In this document: piece by piece, positions 20,526-30,202 of the stretch
How positions within the stretch are numbered: the stretch's first letter is position 1
Layout of the letters: each line of letters starts with the position of its first letter
Source: Candidatus Hydrogenedentota bacterium
Lineage (GTDB): Bacteria > Hydrogenedentota > Hydrogenedentia > Hydrogenedentales > GCA-2746185
Direction of reading: 5' to 3'
NCBI GenBank assembly: GCA_046583315.1
Contig: JAYGCN010000316.1
Location: 1 to 39,455, forward strand
DNA: 39,455 bases
Notes under the pieces: generated by a model
Told to the model about the DNA's origin: nothing
What the model saw: only the letters and a program-made list of their open reading frames with translations
Databases searched by the model: none
Translations under genes and position numbers: made by a program

Positions 20526-20600
20526 GTCATGAGATTCCCGCTCACCATCTGCGGGAATGACAAGTTAGGCGGTTGCAGTTCTCTGCGTCTCTGCGTTAAA
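20526..20600. repeat. Intergenic palindrome ATTCCCGC-N9-GCGGGAAT(GAC) plus CTCTGCGT tandem
   Basis: Stem 20534-20541/20551-20558; CTCTGCGT twice at 20581-20596; resembles widespread GTCATTCCCGC-type intergenic repeats. Confidence 0.55.
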
Positions 20601-20616
20601 AATGCCCTTGCCCTTT

Positions 20617-21825
20617 TCACTCCAGTCGTCGATTCCAGCTTGCGCCTTCGGGATCCATCGATTTGATGTCGGTGGTGAGCGAAATTCCGTTTGCGCGGAG
20701 TCGCTCTTTGAAGTTCAATCCCGGCAAGCGATCGAAACATTCGACTGTAATGCGGTAGCGTTCATCGCGACTGCCCGACGCGAGTGCGGCGCGTTCTTTT
20801 TTGGCTTCCTTGAAGAAATCTTGCCAGAAATTTGGGCCGTACTCTTGCTCGCATTGCCACAGCAGGTAGGCGTGAATCCGGTCGACCTGATTGGGCGGCA
20901 CATCGCTGGGAAAAACATGTCCCGCTGCTTTGTAACGCCGAAACGTTTCGGTCTGCCCCTGTCGCGTGGCGTTCAATGACCGCTCAAATAGGGGATTATC
21001 CGCTACCTGCTGACTCGCCTTGATGCCGATTGACCACCCGATCATTTCCCACCCGAACTGGGTGTACGCAAAATTGTGGGCCATTTCTTCGATATAGCCG
21101 GACACATGTGGCAACTTGTACTGCGTCCACTCATCGTGCTGATTCAGTCGCAGGTTCGTATCGTCATACCAAATCGTACAATTGCTCGTGCCGCCAAAGG
21201 CATCCCCATGCCCCTTCGGAAAATTGTACACGGCGACGATGTAATCCGTGTGCACGCCGACCATGTCATACAACGCGTCGTAGGCCTGCTCCAGAACCGG
21301 ATGCACAACGCGCGCGCCCTGCTCGACCGATGTCGGCGCAAAGAGCCAGACGTGTTCGCCTTTCAGTAGCACCGCGGGCCCCCCGATGGCCGTCTCGAAA
21401 CTCAGCTTGTTCGGATACTTCAGCGAAGGGTTGAGTATCTGCTCGCCATCCGAGACGGGTGTTACCGATGCCAACACCGCCGCGGTCCCGTTATGCCCAT
21501 TCAGATTCGCCAGTTGATGTGCCGTCCTCCCCTTGTCATCCCGAATCGCTGCATTGGCGCCATACTTCAGCAGCTCCCCCACCGTGCCGCCATGACCATT
21601 CTCAGCCGCGTAATGCAAGGCCGTGCGCCCGAATTCATCGCGCGCATTGATGTCCACGCCCTTTTCCATGAGCATCGGAACATCCGACATCTTTCCTGCC
21701 TGGCCAGATTGATGAAGCGGTGAATCATCAAATACGACACGCTCGCCTCCCTGCAACATCATAAGAAGAACGGGTATCGCCAACACGAGCAACACCGCAC
21801 CGAGCACAACCACTATTCGCGACAT
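20617..21825 (-). CDS. Membrane-anchored ankyrin-repeat protein with C-terminal metallopeptidase-like domain
   Basis: N-terminal TM; GRTALHYAAENGH, GRTAHQLA ankyrin repeats; YIEEMAHNF; AAGGAG RBS before ATG at 21825. Confidence 0.75.
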   Translation of the reverse strand: MSRIVVVLGAVLLVLAIPVLLMMLQGGERVVFDDSPLHQSGQAGKMSDVPMLMEKGVDINARDEFGRTALHYAAENGHGGTVGELLKYGANAAIRDDKGRTAHQLANLNGHNGTAAVLASVTPVSDGEQILNPSLKYPNKLSFETAIGGPAVLLKGEHVWLFAPTSVEQGARVVHPVLEQAYDALYDMVGVHTDYIVAVYNFPKGHGDAFGGTSNCTIWYDDTNLRLNQHDEWTQYKLPHVSGYIEEMAHNFAYTQFGWEMIGWSIGIKASQQVADNPLFERSLNATRQGQTETFRRYKAAGHVFPSDVPPNQVDRIHAYLLWQCEQEYGPNFWQDFFKEAKKERAALASGSRDERYRITVECFDRLPGLNFKERLRANGISLTTDIKSMDPEGASWNRRLE

Positions 21826-21889
21826 GATAATTGACTCCTTATCCTTCCACCATATAAACAACTGTTCGTCAGATCAAGTTACTAATCCA

Positions 21890-22951
21890 CTAACTCTCCA
21901 CGGTATAGTTTCCTTTCATGATCCACGGCTCGTAGGCAGGATCATCACCATTGTCCCCGTTTTTCTTGCGCTGTGTCACGCTTTCATGCACGACGGGATC
22001 GCCAAGTTTGTCATTGGGCCACGTTCGTTGCAACTCGGCAAATAGACTCTTTTTGGCATCCGTGTTACGCGAATCGTGCATCGTACCATCGGGATCAGGT
22101 TTCAAAATGACCTTGTGGTTCGAGTAGGTCAACAAACCCGCGGTTGTCGCTTCATGCACCATCCATTCCAGTGCATTATCCGACAGTTCCTGCTCCTCAT
22201 AACCGCCCCCGACATCCGAATGCATACCCGCAAACCAGACTTGTTTCATGTCCAATTCCAATTCCGAGTCGGGATCCAAATCTGCTTTCGCGAGAGGATA
22301 GTAGAAGGTTGGATGAAAAAGCTCACGGACATCGTCAATCGCGAGCGCGTGACGGACAGTCTTTACGTTGGATTTCAATGTGAGTTCATGATATTTGTGC
22401 CGAAAGAAAGGGATTCGGTTCACCCAAGAGTCAATCCACTTAGTAGGTATCCCCTTCACCTTGTGTGGAAAACACAGTGCACTCACCGTATCCCAGACTC
22501 CGATAAACTCGATATCAACCCACATAGAATGATGTCGCTCAACGAACGCCTCCGCGCGTTTCCTGCGGTCCTTTTTTTTGCGATAGATACTGTAGGCTTC
22601 CTTGATCAACTCTGGGCGCGACTTCGGGAGAATGCGAAACAGCCGAATGAACGAAGCCAGACTCCGTATCGTTGTCGCCCCGCGGCTGAATCCGAAAAGA
22701 TAAATCTTGTCTCCAGCCTCATAGTGCTCAAAGATAAACTCGTAACACTCTCGAATATTCGTAGAAATGCCCATGCCGCCAGCATTTCCTGTGATTTTAC
22801 GAAAGCCAGTACCCAATCCCCGATCGTAAAAGGTCACCTGCCGCGCAGATCGATCCTCCAACATGTTGAACAGCTTGTACACATTCGTATTGTTGCCCGT
22901 ACCACCTTCTTGACCAGTACCATCAGAAAACACCACGATATTTTTTGGCAT
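21890..22951 (-). CDS. DUF2235 (Tle1-like alpha/beta hydrolase) protein
   Basis: FSDGT, TNVYKL, GFSRGA, VWDTV, HALAID, WFAGMHSDVGGG. Confidence 0.9.
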   Translation of the reverse strand: MPKNIVVFSDGTGQEGGTGNNTNVYKLFNMLEDRSARQVTFYDRGLGTGFRKITGNAGGMGISTNIRECYEFIFEHYEAGDKIYLFGFSRGATTIRSLASFIRLFRILPKSRPELIKEAYSIYRKKKDRRKRAEAFVERHHSMWVDIEFIGVWDTVSALCFPHKVKGIPTKWIDSWVNRIPFFRHKYHELTLKSNVKTVRHALAIDDVRELFHPTFYYPLAKADLDPDSELELDMKQVWFAGMHSDVGGGYEEQELSDNALEWMVHEATTAGLLTYSNHKVILKPDPDGTMHDSRNTDAKKSLFAELQRTWPNDKLGDPVVHESVTQRKKNGDNGDDPAYEPWIMKGNYTVES

Positions 22952-23040
22952 GATATGTCTCTCCCGAAAAAAGGTTCCTGTATCCCTAACTATTTAGCAC
23001 ATAAATGTCGTTCTAAATAAAACCAATTTCGTTCAGAAAC

Positions 23041-23069
23041 TGGACATCTAAGGCTTTATTTCGTACACT
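23041..23069 (+). promoter_or_regulatory. Putative sigma70 promoter
   Basis: TGGACA-17 nt-TACACT, 32 nt before the ATG at 23102. Confidence 0.4.
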
Positions 23070-23101
23070 CGTTTTCCGAAACAAAAATAGGGAAACACAC
23101 C

Positions 23102-23764
23102 ATGCCCAAAGAACCCGTAATCATCGGCTGGAGCGGCGGAAAAGACAGCTCACTCGCCTTACAAGCAGTCCTGAATGCCGGCGATCTCGACGTCCGCGCA
23201 CTCGTGACCACCGTCACTGATGAATACGACCGCATCAGCATGCACGGCGTTCGACGCAGCCTCCTTCACACCCAAGCCGAATCCCTCGGCATCCCCCTGC
23301 ACGAAGTCCACATTCCGCCCAGCGCCAGCAACGACACCTACGAAGCCGCCATGACGGAAGCCTTCAATCACTTCTATTCAAAAGGCATTCGGCGTTGCAT
23401 CTTCGGAGACCTCTACCTCGAAGACATCAGGGAATACCGGGATCGCCTGATGAAAAACGTAGCCATGGAAGCGATTTATCCCGTCTGGGGACGCGACACG
23501 AAACAACTCGCACGGAATTTCATCGACGACGGCTTCAAAGCGATCCTCGCCTGCGTAGACCCCAAACAAATCGACCCCTCCTTCGCCGGAAGAGACTTCG
23601 ACGAATCCCTGCTCGACGATCTGCCCGACACCGCCGACCCCTGCGGCGAAAACGGCGAATTCCACACCTTCGTCCACAACGGCCCCATTTTCAACACACC
23701 CGTCCCCGTAACCAAAGGCGAAATCGTGGAGCGCGGTGGGTTCGTGTACGCGGATATTCTATAG
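23102..23764 (+). CDS. PP-loop ATP pyrophosphatase (Dph6/MJ0570-related)
   Basis: WSGGKDS, RISMHGVR, FGDLYLED, DPCGENGEFHTFV..GPIF. Confidence 0.9.
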   Translation: MPKEPVIIGWSGGKDSSLALQAVLNAGDLDVRALVTTVTDEYDRISMHGVRRSLLHTQAESLGIPLHEVHIPPSASNDTYEAAMTEAFNHFYSKGIRRCIFGDLYLEDIREYRDRLMKNVAMEAIYPVWGRDTKQLARNFIDDGFKAILACVDPKQIDPSFAGRDFDESLLDDLPDTADPCGENGEFHTFVHNGPIFNTPVPVTKGEIVERGGFVYADIL

Positions 23765-23780
23765 CCGAAGAATGGTACCC

Positions 23781-24761
23781 CTACGCTACACTCACGCTCC
23801 ACTTACCGTTTTGATTGCGCGTCTTCACCAGACCCCGTTTCTCTGCATCAAGGATAAGTTTTTTCAACTGGGAGTAGTTGTAGTCCTTAATCTGCACTTT
23901 ATTGGACACCAGCTTGTTTCCCACGGCCGAGAAACTCACCCATACGTCATCGCCCGGAGCCGCCTTCACCGCTTTCAGCAATTTCTGCATCACCTTAGGA
24001 ATTTCCTCCGTCGCCTTCTGTTTTCCAGGCACGGCAAGCACGATCCCCTTTTCGCTATCCTGGCGCTTGACAATCTCATGCTTCACCGCATCATTGATAA
24101 ATTTGTTCCAGCTCGAAAACCCTTCGACGTCCCCCGAAAAGTTTTCGTTCAGCAGTTTCATGCGCACCTTGACGCCACCCGGGTTCGCAACCTTCTCTTC
24201 TCCATGCAGAATCCGCACCGTCTCGGCCAGCATCATGAATGCCGCTTCCTTCTTAATGGGTCGCGGCTCCTCGGTATCATTCGACTCTTCCGCGCCATCA
24301 TCAGGCAGGAGATCGCGATAGTCCAGATACTCATCTGCCAATTCCAGGAGATTCTCCGCTGCGTTTTTTGCGTCACAGATAATAATGATTCGCTTCCCAT
24401 GCTTCTTCAACGTCTGTAACAACGCCCGGAAATCGATGTCGCCCGTGAGAATAATGTACGTCTCAATATGCGGATACTGAAACACCATCTCTGTCGCCTT
24501 CGTGATGAGGGCAAAGTCTGCGCTGTTCTTTTTCGCGCGACCCTTCTTTTCCGGCTGAGGAATATGAATCAGTTCGAAGCCGTTCTCTGAAAGGTTCAAC
24601 GCCAGATCATTGCTCAACTGCTTCTTCCAGTTGCCGATTGCCGTCGCCGAGGAGATGCTCCCCTCCTTGCGCGCATACTCCAACAGCCCAACCGTGAAAT
24701 ACGCATTCATCGACGGCGTAACATTCTCAATATCCCACAGAATAGATACATTCGGTTTCAT
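23781..24761 (-). CDS. NYN-domain (PIN-like) protein with C-terminal OST-HTH/LOTUS-like repeats
   Basis: LWDIENV, KNSAD, LTGDIDF, L...ADEY; C-terminal GFSSWNKFI.DA and YNYSQLKKLI.DA repeats. Confidence 0.85.
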   Translation of the reverse strand: MKPNVSILWDIENVTPSMNAYFTVGLLEYARKEGSISSATAIGNWKKQLSNDLALNLSENGFELIHIPQPEKKGRAKKNSADFALITKATEMVFQYPHIETYIILTGDIDFRALLQTLKKHGKRIIIICDAKNAAENLLELADEYLDYRDLLPDDGAEESNDTEEPRPIKKEAAFMMLAETVRILHGEEKVANPGGVKVRMKLLNENFSGDVEGFSSWNKFINDAVKHEIVKRQDSEKGIVLAVPGKQKATEEIPKVMQKLLKAVKAAPGDDVWVSFSAVGNKLVSNKVQIKDYNYSQLKKLILDAEKRGLVKTRNQNGKWSVSVA

Positions 24762-24897
24762 CAGGTAGGTCTCCGACTGGACTCAGACACGTAGCACCCC
24801 GATGGCGCTCCCGGGTCACCAGCACGAAACCATACTACACGAACCTGATCTGATTACGAAGGACTGAATGAGTCCGAGGTATTACGCGACGGCGCAA

Positions 24898-25304
24898 TTA
24901 GTTAAGCGAGAATCTAATTGAGCCACCATTCTCAAGTCCATAGAACTCTGCGGCATGCGTGTCCTCAATAGTGACGACCTTATATCACTTCAAATCCAAC
25001 TTCGACCAGCCGCGCAGCTTCAGAAACTAATCCACCACTCGTGAGTCGATATAGATCGCACTCATGCCCGCTTGCGGATGGCGGTTTGGGCCGTCCTTCT
25101 TGACCCCGGAAATCCAATAGGCATCTCCGGTTTCCAGGTCTTCATGATTCCCGCATCCGTATCCCCCTTTGACCCGCTTCAACGCCTGACCATTAAAATA
25201 TACCGTGCGCCCGGTCTTGGATTTTTTCACTCGACCAATCCAGCCGGGCCGTTGTCGCTATATCCAGACTTCAACTCGACATACATTATTTCTTCGGACG
25301 ACAT
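24898..25304 (-). pseudogene. Small conserved-looking hypothetical gene with frameshift and two stops
   Basis: MYVELKSGYSDNGPA / WIGRVKKSKTGRTVYFNG...YWISGVKKDG.NRH; 1-nt deletion near 25243, TAG at 25027-25029, TGA at 24985-24987; GAGGAG RBS. Confidence 0.7.
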
Positions 25305-25533
25305 GGCCTGCTCCTCATCATTTGCACTGTTTACTACTGGAATCAACATCCCCCCTCTGAATATGCGCATTACGCCGTTATATGACATCAGCCCCCAAAA
25401 CATGCTATATTATTGCCCCTGCGGTCGAAGTTTTCCGAGAAAACCCGGTGCATTCATCATCGCGCGTAACGGCGGTAACGCCTTTAACGCCATATAGTTA
25501 CCGCAAATATAGCACAAACCAAGGAAAGTCGGC

Positions 25534-26415
25534 ATGAACCAACTCGACGAACTCGAAGCCAAGAGCGTACACATTCTTCGCGAGGCCTACCGCGAATTCA
25601 AGAGCCTCTGTATGCTCTGGTCCATCGGCAAAGACTCAACCGTGATGCTCTGGCTCGCACGCAAAGCCTTTTTTGGCCACGTGCCCATTCCCCTCGTGCA
25701 CGTCGATACCTCCTTCAAAATCCCCCAGATGATCACCTACCGCGACGAACTCGCGATGGAGTGGAATCTCAACATGGTCGTCGGTCAGAACAAAAAGGCC
25801 ATCGCCGAAAAACAGACTTTCCCGGATGGAGCCATCGGTCGTATCGACTGCTGCAAGGCCCTCAAGTCCGAAGCGCTCAAACATACGCTCTCCGGCGAAT
25901 GGGAACGCATGCGTCTCAATCACAAAACCGGCAAATATGACATCGACACCAACACAGAACCCTACACCGGTGTCATCGTAGGTGTGCGCTCCGACGAAGA
26001 AGGTTCGCGCTCCAAAGAACGTTACTTCTCACCACGCGATAAACAAAACGACTGGGACGTGGACGATCAGCCGCCGGAATTGTGGAGTCAATACAAGACC
26101 GCATTCGCCGCCGGTACGCACGTCCGCATTCACCCACTACTCGACTGGACCGAGCTCAATTTGTGGGAATACATTCAACGCGAAGAAATCCCCCTCGTCG
26201 ATCTCTATTTCGATAAAGGCGAAGGCACGCGCTATCGTTCACTCGGTTGCGGACCGTGCACGGCCTGTGTCGATTCGACCGCGGTAAACGTGGCAGAAGT
26301 CGTTGAAGAACTTCGTAGCGGCAAATTTGCGAACATTGCCGAACGTTCCGGTCGCGCACAAGACAAAGACGACGGCGGCGGACTCGAAACACTGCGTCGC
26401 GACGGATATATGTAG
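25534..26415 (+). CDS. cysD: Sulfate adenylyltransferase subunit 2
   Basis: [61 protein letters not shown]-terminus. Confidence 0.95.
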   Translation: MNQLDELEAKSVHILREAYREFKSLCMLWSIGKDSTVMLWLARKAFFGHVPIPLVHVDTSFKIPQMITYRDELAMEWNLNMVVGQNKKAIAEKQTFPDGAIGRIDCCKALKSEALKHTLSGEWERMRLNHKTGKYDIDTNTEPYTGVIVGVRSDEEGSRSKERYFSPRDKQNDWDVDDQPPELWSQYKTAFAAGTHVRIHPLLDWTELNLWEYIQREEIPLVDLYFDKGEGTRYRSLGCGPCTACVDSTAVNVAEVVEELRSGKFANIAERSGRAQDKDDGGGLETLRRDGYM

Positions 26416-26460
26416 ACCCTTAAGCGGATTTACTTTCAATCAGGAAAGAGATCTCATAGC

Positions 26461-28263
26461 ATGAGCACTGCAGCAACACTCGATCGTCAGCAAATGGATG
26501 TCGTCATCGTCGGCCACGTCGACCACGGGAAATCCACCGTTATCGGACGCCTCATGGCCGATACCGGCTCCCTTCCCGAAGGTAAACTCGACCAGGTCAA
26601 AGCCATGTGCGCAGCGAATTCGCGCCCCTTCGAATACGCCTTCCTGTTGGATGCGCTGAAAAACGAGCAGGCCCAGGGCATTACCATCGATGCGGCACGC
26701 TGCTTTTTCAAGACCGAGAAACGCAATTACATCATTCACGACGCTCCCGGCCACATCGAGTTCCTCAAGAACATGGTCACTGGTGCTGCCCGCGCTGAAG
26801 CCGCCCTGCTCACCATCGATGCCAAAGAAGGCGTACGCGAAAACTCCAAACGCCACGGCTACCTCGTCTCCATGCTCGGCCTCAAACAACTCTGCGTACT
26901 CGTCAACAAAATGGACCTCGTGGATTACTCCGAAGAAACATTCGACGCCATCAAAGCCGAATATACCGAATTTCTCGGACAACTCGGCGTCACACCCACC
27001 TGCTTCATCCCCGTATCCGCCATGGAAGGCGTCAACATCGCCAGAGGTTCAGAAAAAGAAATGCCGTGGTATGACGGAATGACCGTTCTCGATCAGGTTG
27101 ACGAATTCACAAAACTCAGCGGCAACGAAGACAAAATATTCCGCATGCCCGTGCAAGACATCTACAAATTCACCGCGGACAACGACGAACGACGCATCAT
27201 CGCCGGCACCATCTCCACCGGAACCATCAAACCCGGCGAAGACGTCGTATTCCTGCCCTCCGGCAAAGAATCCACGATCACCTCCATCGAAGGATTCAAC
27301 ACGCCCGAAAAATCTTCTGCACAAGCCGGATTCGCCACAGGTTTTCAAATGGCCACGCAAATCTACATCAAACCCGGCGAACTCATGGTTAAAAAAGCCG
27401 ACCTGCAACCCCACGTCGGACGACGATTCCGCTGCAACATGTTCTGGATGGGACGTCCGCCCATGGTCCCCGGCAAAGAATACAAACTCAAAATTGGCTC
27501 GTCCAACGTACCCGCAGAACTCATCACCATTCACCAGATCCTCGACGCATCCGAGCTCAGCACCGTCGAAAACAAAGGTCAGGTAGACCGCCACGATGTC
27601 GCAGAATGCATCCTCGAAACCGGCCGCCCCATTGCATACGACCTGCGCAACGACGTCGAAACCACAGGCCGATTCGTTATCGTCGATGAATACGAAATCG
27701 CCGGTTGCGGCATCATCCTCGAAGCCATGGACGACTCCGACGAAGCCGGCAGCTCGGAACTCGGCAGCCAACAAACCTGGGAAACCGGACACGTCACCCA
27801 CAACGATCGCGCCGAGAAAAACGGCAACCAGGGCAAACTCATCATCGTACACGGTGAATACGGATGCGGAAAACGCCGCGTCGCCAAAGAACTCGAACGC
27901 CAACTCTTCGACCAGGGATACCGCACCTACTACTTCGGCATCTCAAACTTCTTCGAAGAACTCGACCACGACACACGCACCCGAGACCTCGCCCGGGAAC
28001 ACCACATCGACCGCCTCGGCGAACTCGCTCGCGTCGTCACCGATTCCGGCACACTGCTCATCACCACCGTCACCGACGCCGACGATTTCGACCTCGAAAA
28101 ACTCAACCGCAGCACCCCCGAAGATGTCTTCGTCATCAACATGGGCGAAAACAACTTCAACCACTACAAACTAAACGTAGAACTAAAATACCGCCTCGAC
28201 GAAACAGAAGCCGCCAAAGAAATCATCGAAAAATTGAAGAGCGACGGCATCCTGCTACGGTAG
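26461..28263 (+). CDS. cysN: Sulfate adenylyltransferase subunit 1 fused to a degenerate APS-kinase-like domain
   Basis: [34 protein letters not shown] GTPase motifs; C-terminal CysC-like domain with altered P-loop. Confidence 0.92.
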   Translation: MSTAATLDRQQMDVVIVGHVDHGKSTVIGRLMADTGSLPEGKLDQVKAMCAANSRPFEYAFLLDALKNEQAQGITIDAARCFFKTEKRNYIIHDAPGHIEFLKNMVTGAARAEAALLTIDAKEGVRENSKRHGYLVSMLGLKQLCVLVNKMDLVDYSEETFDAIKAEYTEFLGQLGVTPTCFIPVSAMEGVNIARGSEKEMPWYDGMTVLDQVDEFTKLSGNEDKIFRMPVQDIYKFTADNDERRIIAGTISTGTIKPGEDVVFLPSGKESTITSIEGFNTPEKSSAQAGFATGFQMATQIYIKPGELMVKKADLQPHVGRRFRCNMFWMGRPPMVPGKEYKLKIGSSNVPAELITIHQILDASELSTVENKGQVDRHDVAECILETGRPIAYDLRNDVETTGRFVIVDEYEIAGCGIILEAMDDSDEAGSSELGSQQTWETGHVTHNDRAEKNGNQGKLIIVHGEYGCGKRRVAKELERQLFDQGYRTYYFGISNFFEELDHDTRTRDLAREHHIDRLGELARVVTDSGTLLITTVTDADDFDLEKLNRSTPEDVFVINMGENNFNHYKLNVELKYRLDETEAAKEIIEKLKSDGILLR

Positions 28264-28285
28264 CCGCTTCACTACAACGAACTGC

Positions 28286-28330
28286 AAACGCGCTTGTGTG
28301 AAAGATTTTCACACAAGCGCGTTTTTTGTT
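28286..28330 (+). terminator. Rho-independent terminator of cysDN
   Basis: Perfect 18-bp inverted repeat AAACGCGCTTGTGTGAAA-gat-TTTCACACAAGCGCGTTT followed by TTTGTT. Confidence 0.85.
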
Positions 28331-28372
28331 GCAGTGAACCACCCGGAAACGGCGAACCGCCAAGGGCAAGAC

Positions 28373-28433
28373 CGTTCTTTCTTCTTGGGAAAGAAGAAAG
28401 AACCAAAGAAGAATCGATTGGTACCGCGTATCA
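28373..28433 (+). repeat. Palindromic repeat family A, copy 2
   Basis: GTTCTTTCTTCTT-ggga-AAGAAGAAAGAAC hairpin + CAAAGAAGAA + GGTACcgcGTATC. Confidence 0.85.
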
Positions 28434-28458
28434 CTAGCCCATCAATTTGGCTCAATCC

Positions 28459-28517
28459 AAAAGTTTTTTAGAAGAGGGTCCGGGGGAAACCTTTTTCGAA
28501 GAAAAGGTTTCCCCCGG
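28459..28517. repeat. GC-rich REP-like hairpin, possibly also terminator of the minus-strand gene
   Basis: Perfect 16-bp stem CCGGGGGAAACCTTTT (28480-28495)/AAAAGGTTTCCCCCGG (28502-28517), 4 nt from the stop at 28522. Confidence 0.65.
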
Positions 28518-28521
28518 GCGG

Positions 28522-30027
28522 TTAATTCCCTTTCAAAACTCGAACTTTAAAGCCTAGCGCTTTGCTCAGTGCGACCATCTCCTCGAAGATGTCGCCGTAT
28601 GAGACGGCGATGTGGTTGGACATGTAGTGAGCCATGAGGGTGTCTCGGGTGATGCCTAGGTCTGCCGCCATGAAGGGCCATTCGCGGGTGGTGCCTTCCC
28701 ACCATTCATCGCGTTTGGCTTCGGGCAGTTTGACGACTTCGCCTTGCCCGATATCCATCCAGAGTTCATTGTCGCGGATGTAGGCGCGGGACCAGGTGAT
28801 TTCGCCGGGCAGACTTTCGCCAGTAAAGGTGCCGCCGGGATTGGGGAAATATTGCGCGGGCTGACGATAGGAATGCACACCATTGAGCGTATCGGGATCG
28901 TGGTTGAAGGCATACGCGCCCGCCGACCCGGAGTTCAGGAGAACCCACACAAAGCGGCCGTCATGTTCCCCCCCCCACCGTACATCATGAAACGCGACGG
29001 ACTGATGCAGGCCTTTCACTTTCAAAAGGCGTTTCATCATTTCCTGCGGCACGAGGTTGCCTTGATCCGCTTCGGTTGCAGTGGTAATCGTGTCGCCGTT
29101 GGATTCTGGACGACATGTGGAGTTAAACAGACCTTCGCAAAAATCGGAAGGTGGACGAAGCGGAATCATGCCGAGCTGGTATTGCCATCCCAGGCAGTCC
29201 GCTTTGAATTCGTGAATCATATCAAGCACAACAAGGTAATCGCGCAACTGTTCCTTCGTCGCGGAAGCATCAAAATCGTCGCCATAATGAAACTCGATGC
29301 CGTTGGCATTGACAAAGTCGAAGGCCGAATCAATACGTGACTGCTCGATACCTTTGCCACGATCGATAATCCATGCTTGATCGACCTTATGCTCCGTAAA
29401 GCCGATCGGGTTCAACAAACGCGGTCCGAAGTAACCGTTGATCATGCCCATTGACGTGTCGCCCAGCATCAACATCAACACACGTCGTTCCTGAATACCT
29501 TTGTGGACACCGTCAGCAATCGCCCGCGCTTCGGCAGATACAGAAACGTCGGTATGAATCTCATCTTCCGCGTACGATGTCGATCCCGTCGAGCACCATT
29601 CCTCCAGATGCGTCATGAAGAAGTCGTCCGTCGTCCAGTCATCCTTGTCCGTCCACGCGCGGGAGAATTTTCGGTTCACCGACTCCAGACACGCGCCGGT
29701 ATTGAGCAGTCCGACCAATCCAGGCCATTCCCCAGAGAAGTTACTCGCCAGCAGCAACGGGTTGTCCTTGCCGACGACGCCATCGGTCGTGTGCGGTCCG
29801 TAGAACCAATGCACACACACGCCGATCATCGGGTCCTGCACCGGCCCGAGCTTCTCGATGGACTCGTGCGGCTTGGTCAGATAGCCCTCAATCCGGTAAG
29901 ACTCGCGCCCGATCTTGCCCAGCGCCTTTTCCAGCTGCAACGTCGCTTCCTGTATATTGGGTAGCGCGGTCTCATTGGGCAACGCCCGATAGTCCCCCGG
30001 CCAAAACAACGCAATCTTGTCACTCAT
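28522..30027 (-). CDS. L-fucose/L-arabinose isomerase-like family protein
   Basis: NFSGEWPGLVGLLN, MGMING, GWQYQLG, TEADQG, HDVRWG, NSGS, NHIAVSYG; start taken at MSDKIAL. Confidence 0.65.
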   Translation of the reverse strand: MSDKIALFWPGDYRALPNETALPNIQEATLQLEKALGKIGRESYRIEGYLTKPHESIEKLGPVQDPMIGVCVHWFYGPHTTDGVVGKDNPLLLASNFSGEWPGLVGLLNTGACLESVNRKFSRAWTDKDDWTTDDFFMTHLEEWCSTGSTSYAEDEIHTDVSVSAEARAIADGVHKGIQERRVLMLMLGDTSMGMINGYFGPRLLNPIGFTEHKVDQAWIIDRGKGIEQSRIDSAFDFVNANGIEFHYGDDFDASATKEQLRDYLVVLDMIHEFKADCLGWQYQLGMIPLRPPSDFCEGLFNSTCRPESNGDTITTATEADQGNLVPQEMMKRLLKVKGLHQSVAFHDVRWGGEHDGRFVWVLLNSGSAGAYAFNHDPDTLNGVHSYRQPAQYFPNPGGTFTGESLPGEITWSRAYIRDNELWMDIGQGEVVKLPEAKRDEWWEGTTREWPFMAADLGITRDTLMAHYMSNHIAVSYGDIFEEMVALSKALGFKVRVLKGN

Positions 30028-30103
30028 ATCTAAGAGCTCCCGAAAGGTCAAACTATACGCAAGGGTCTATAGTAAGTAATTAGCGAAGGGCTTTCCAAGT
30101 ACC

Positions 30104-30162
30104 CTTACTTTTTCTTTTAGAAAAAGTAAGCAAAAAGAAAACCGACTGATACTTCGTATCCT
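30104..30162 (+). repeat. Palindromic repeat family A, copy 3 (covariant)
   Basis: CTTACTTTTTCT-ttt-AGAAAAAGTAAG + CAAAAAGAAAA + CCGACT + GATACttcGTATCCT (last 15 nt identical to copy 1). Confidence 0.75.
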
Positions 30163-30202
30163 CGATTGCTTTGTTGGGGGTTCACTCGCTACAGTAACGA
30201 GC

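Noticed and set aside
20490..20571. GCCTAAC (minus strand) after the ankyrin gene as an integron attC inverse core
   Set aside because: No matching GTTRRRY core at a suitable distance, no similar sites after neighbouring genes, no intI.
21890..22951. DUF2235 protein as a T6SS effector
   Set aside because: No vgrG/PAAR/hcp or clear immunity gene in the window; the domain also occurs independently of T6SS.
24985..24987. In-frame TGA as possible selenocysteine
   Set aside because: Lies in a gene already broken by a frameshift and a TAG, in a non-redox context (LDLK*YKVV).
16328..25029. Several in-frame TAG codons suggesting amber recoding or pyrrolysine
   Set aside because: hemH, fliD, pilC, cysD and cysN end normally at TAG, and most TAG-interrupted genes also have frameshifts or other stops; no pyl genes seen.
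28270..28520. Hairpin cluster as a CRISPR array or riboswitch
   Set aside because: The hairpins are unrelated, with no repeat-spacer periodicity; it lies between convergent 3' ends and no cas genes are present.
28968..28976. C9/G9 tract as a phase-variation site
   Set aside because: In frame, encodes W-G-G-E in a cytoplasmic enzyme; no evidence of slippage.
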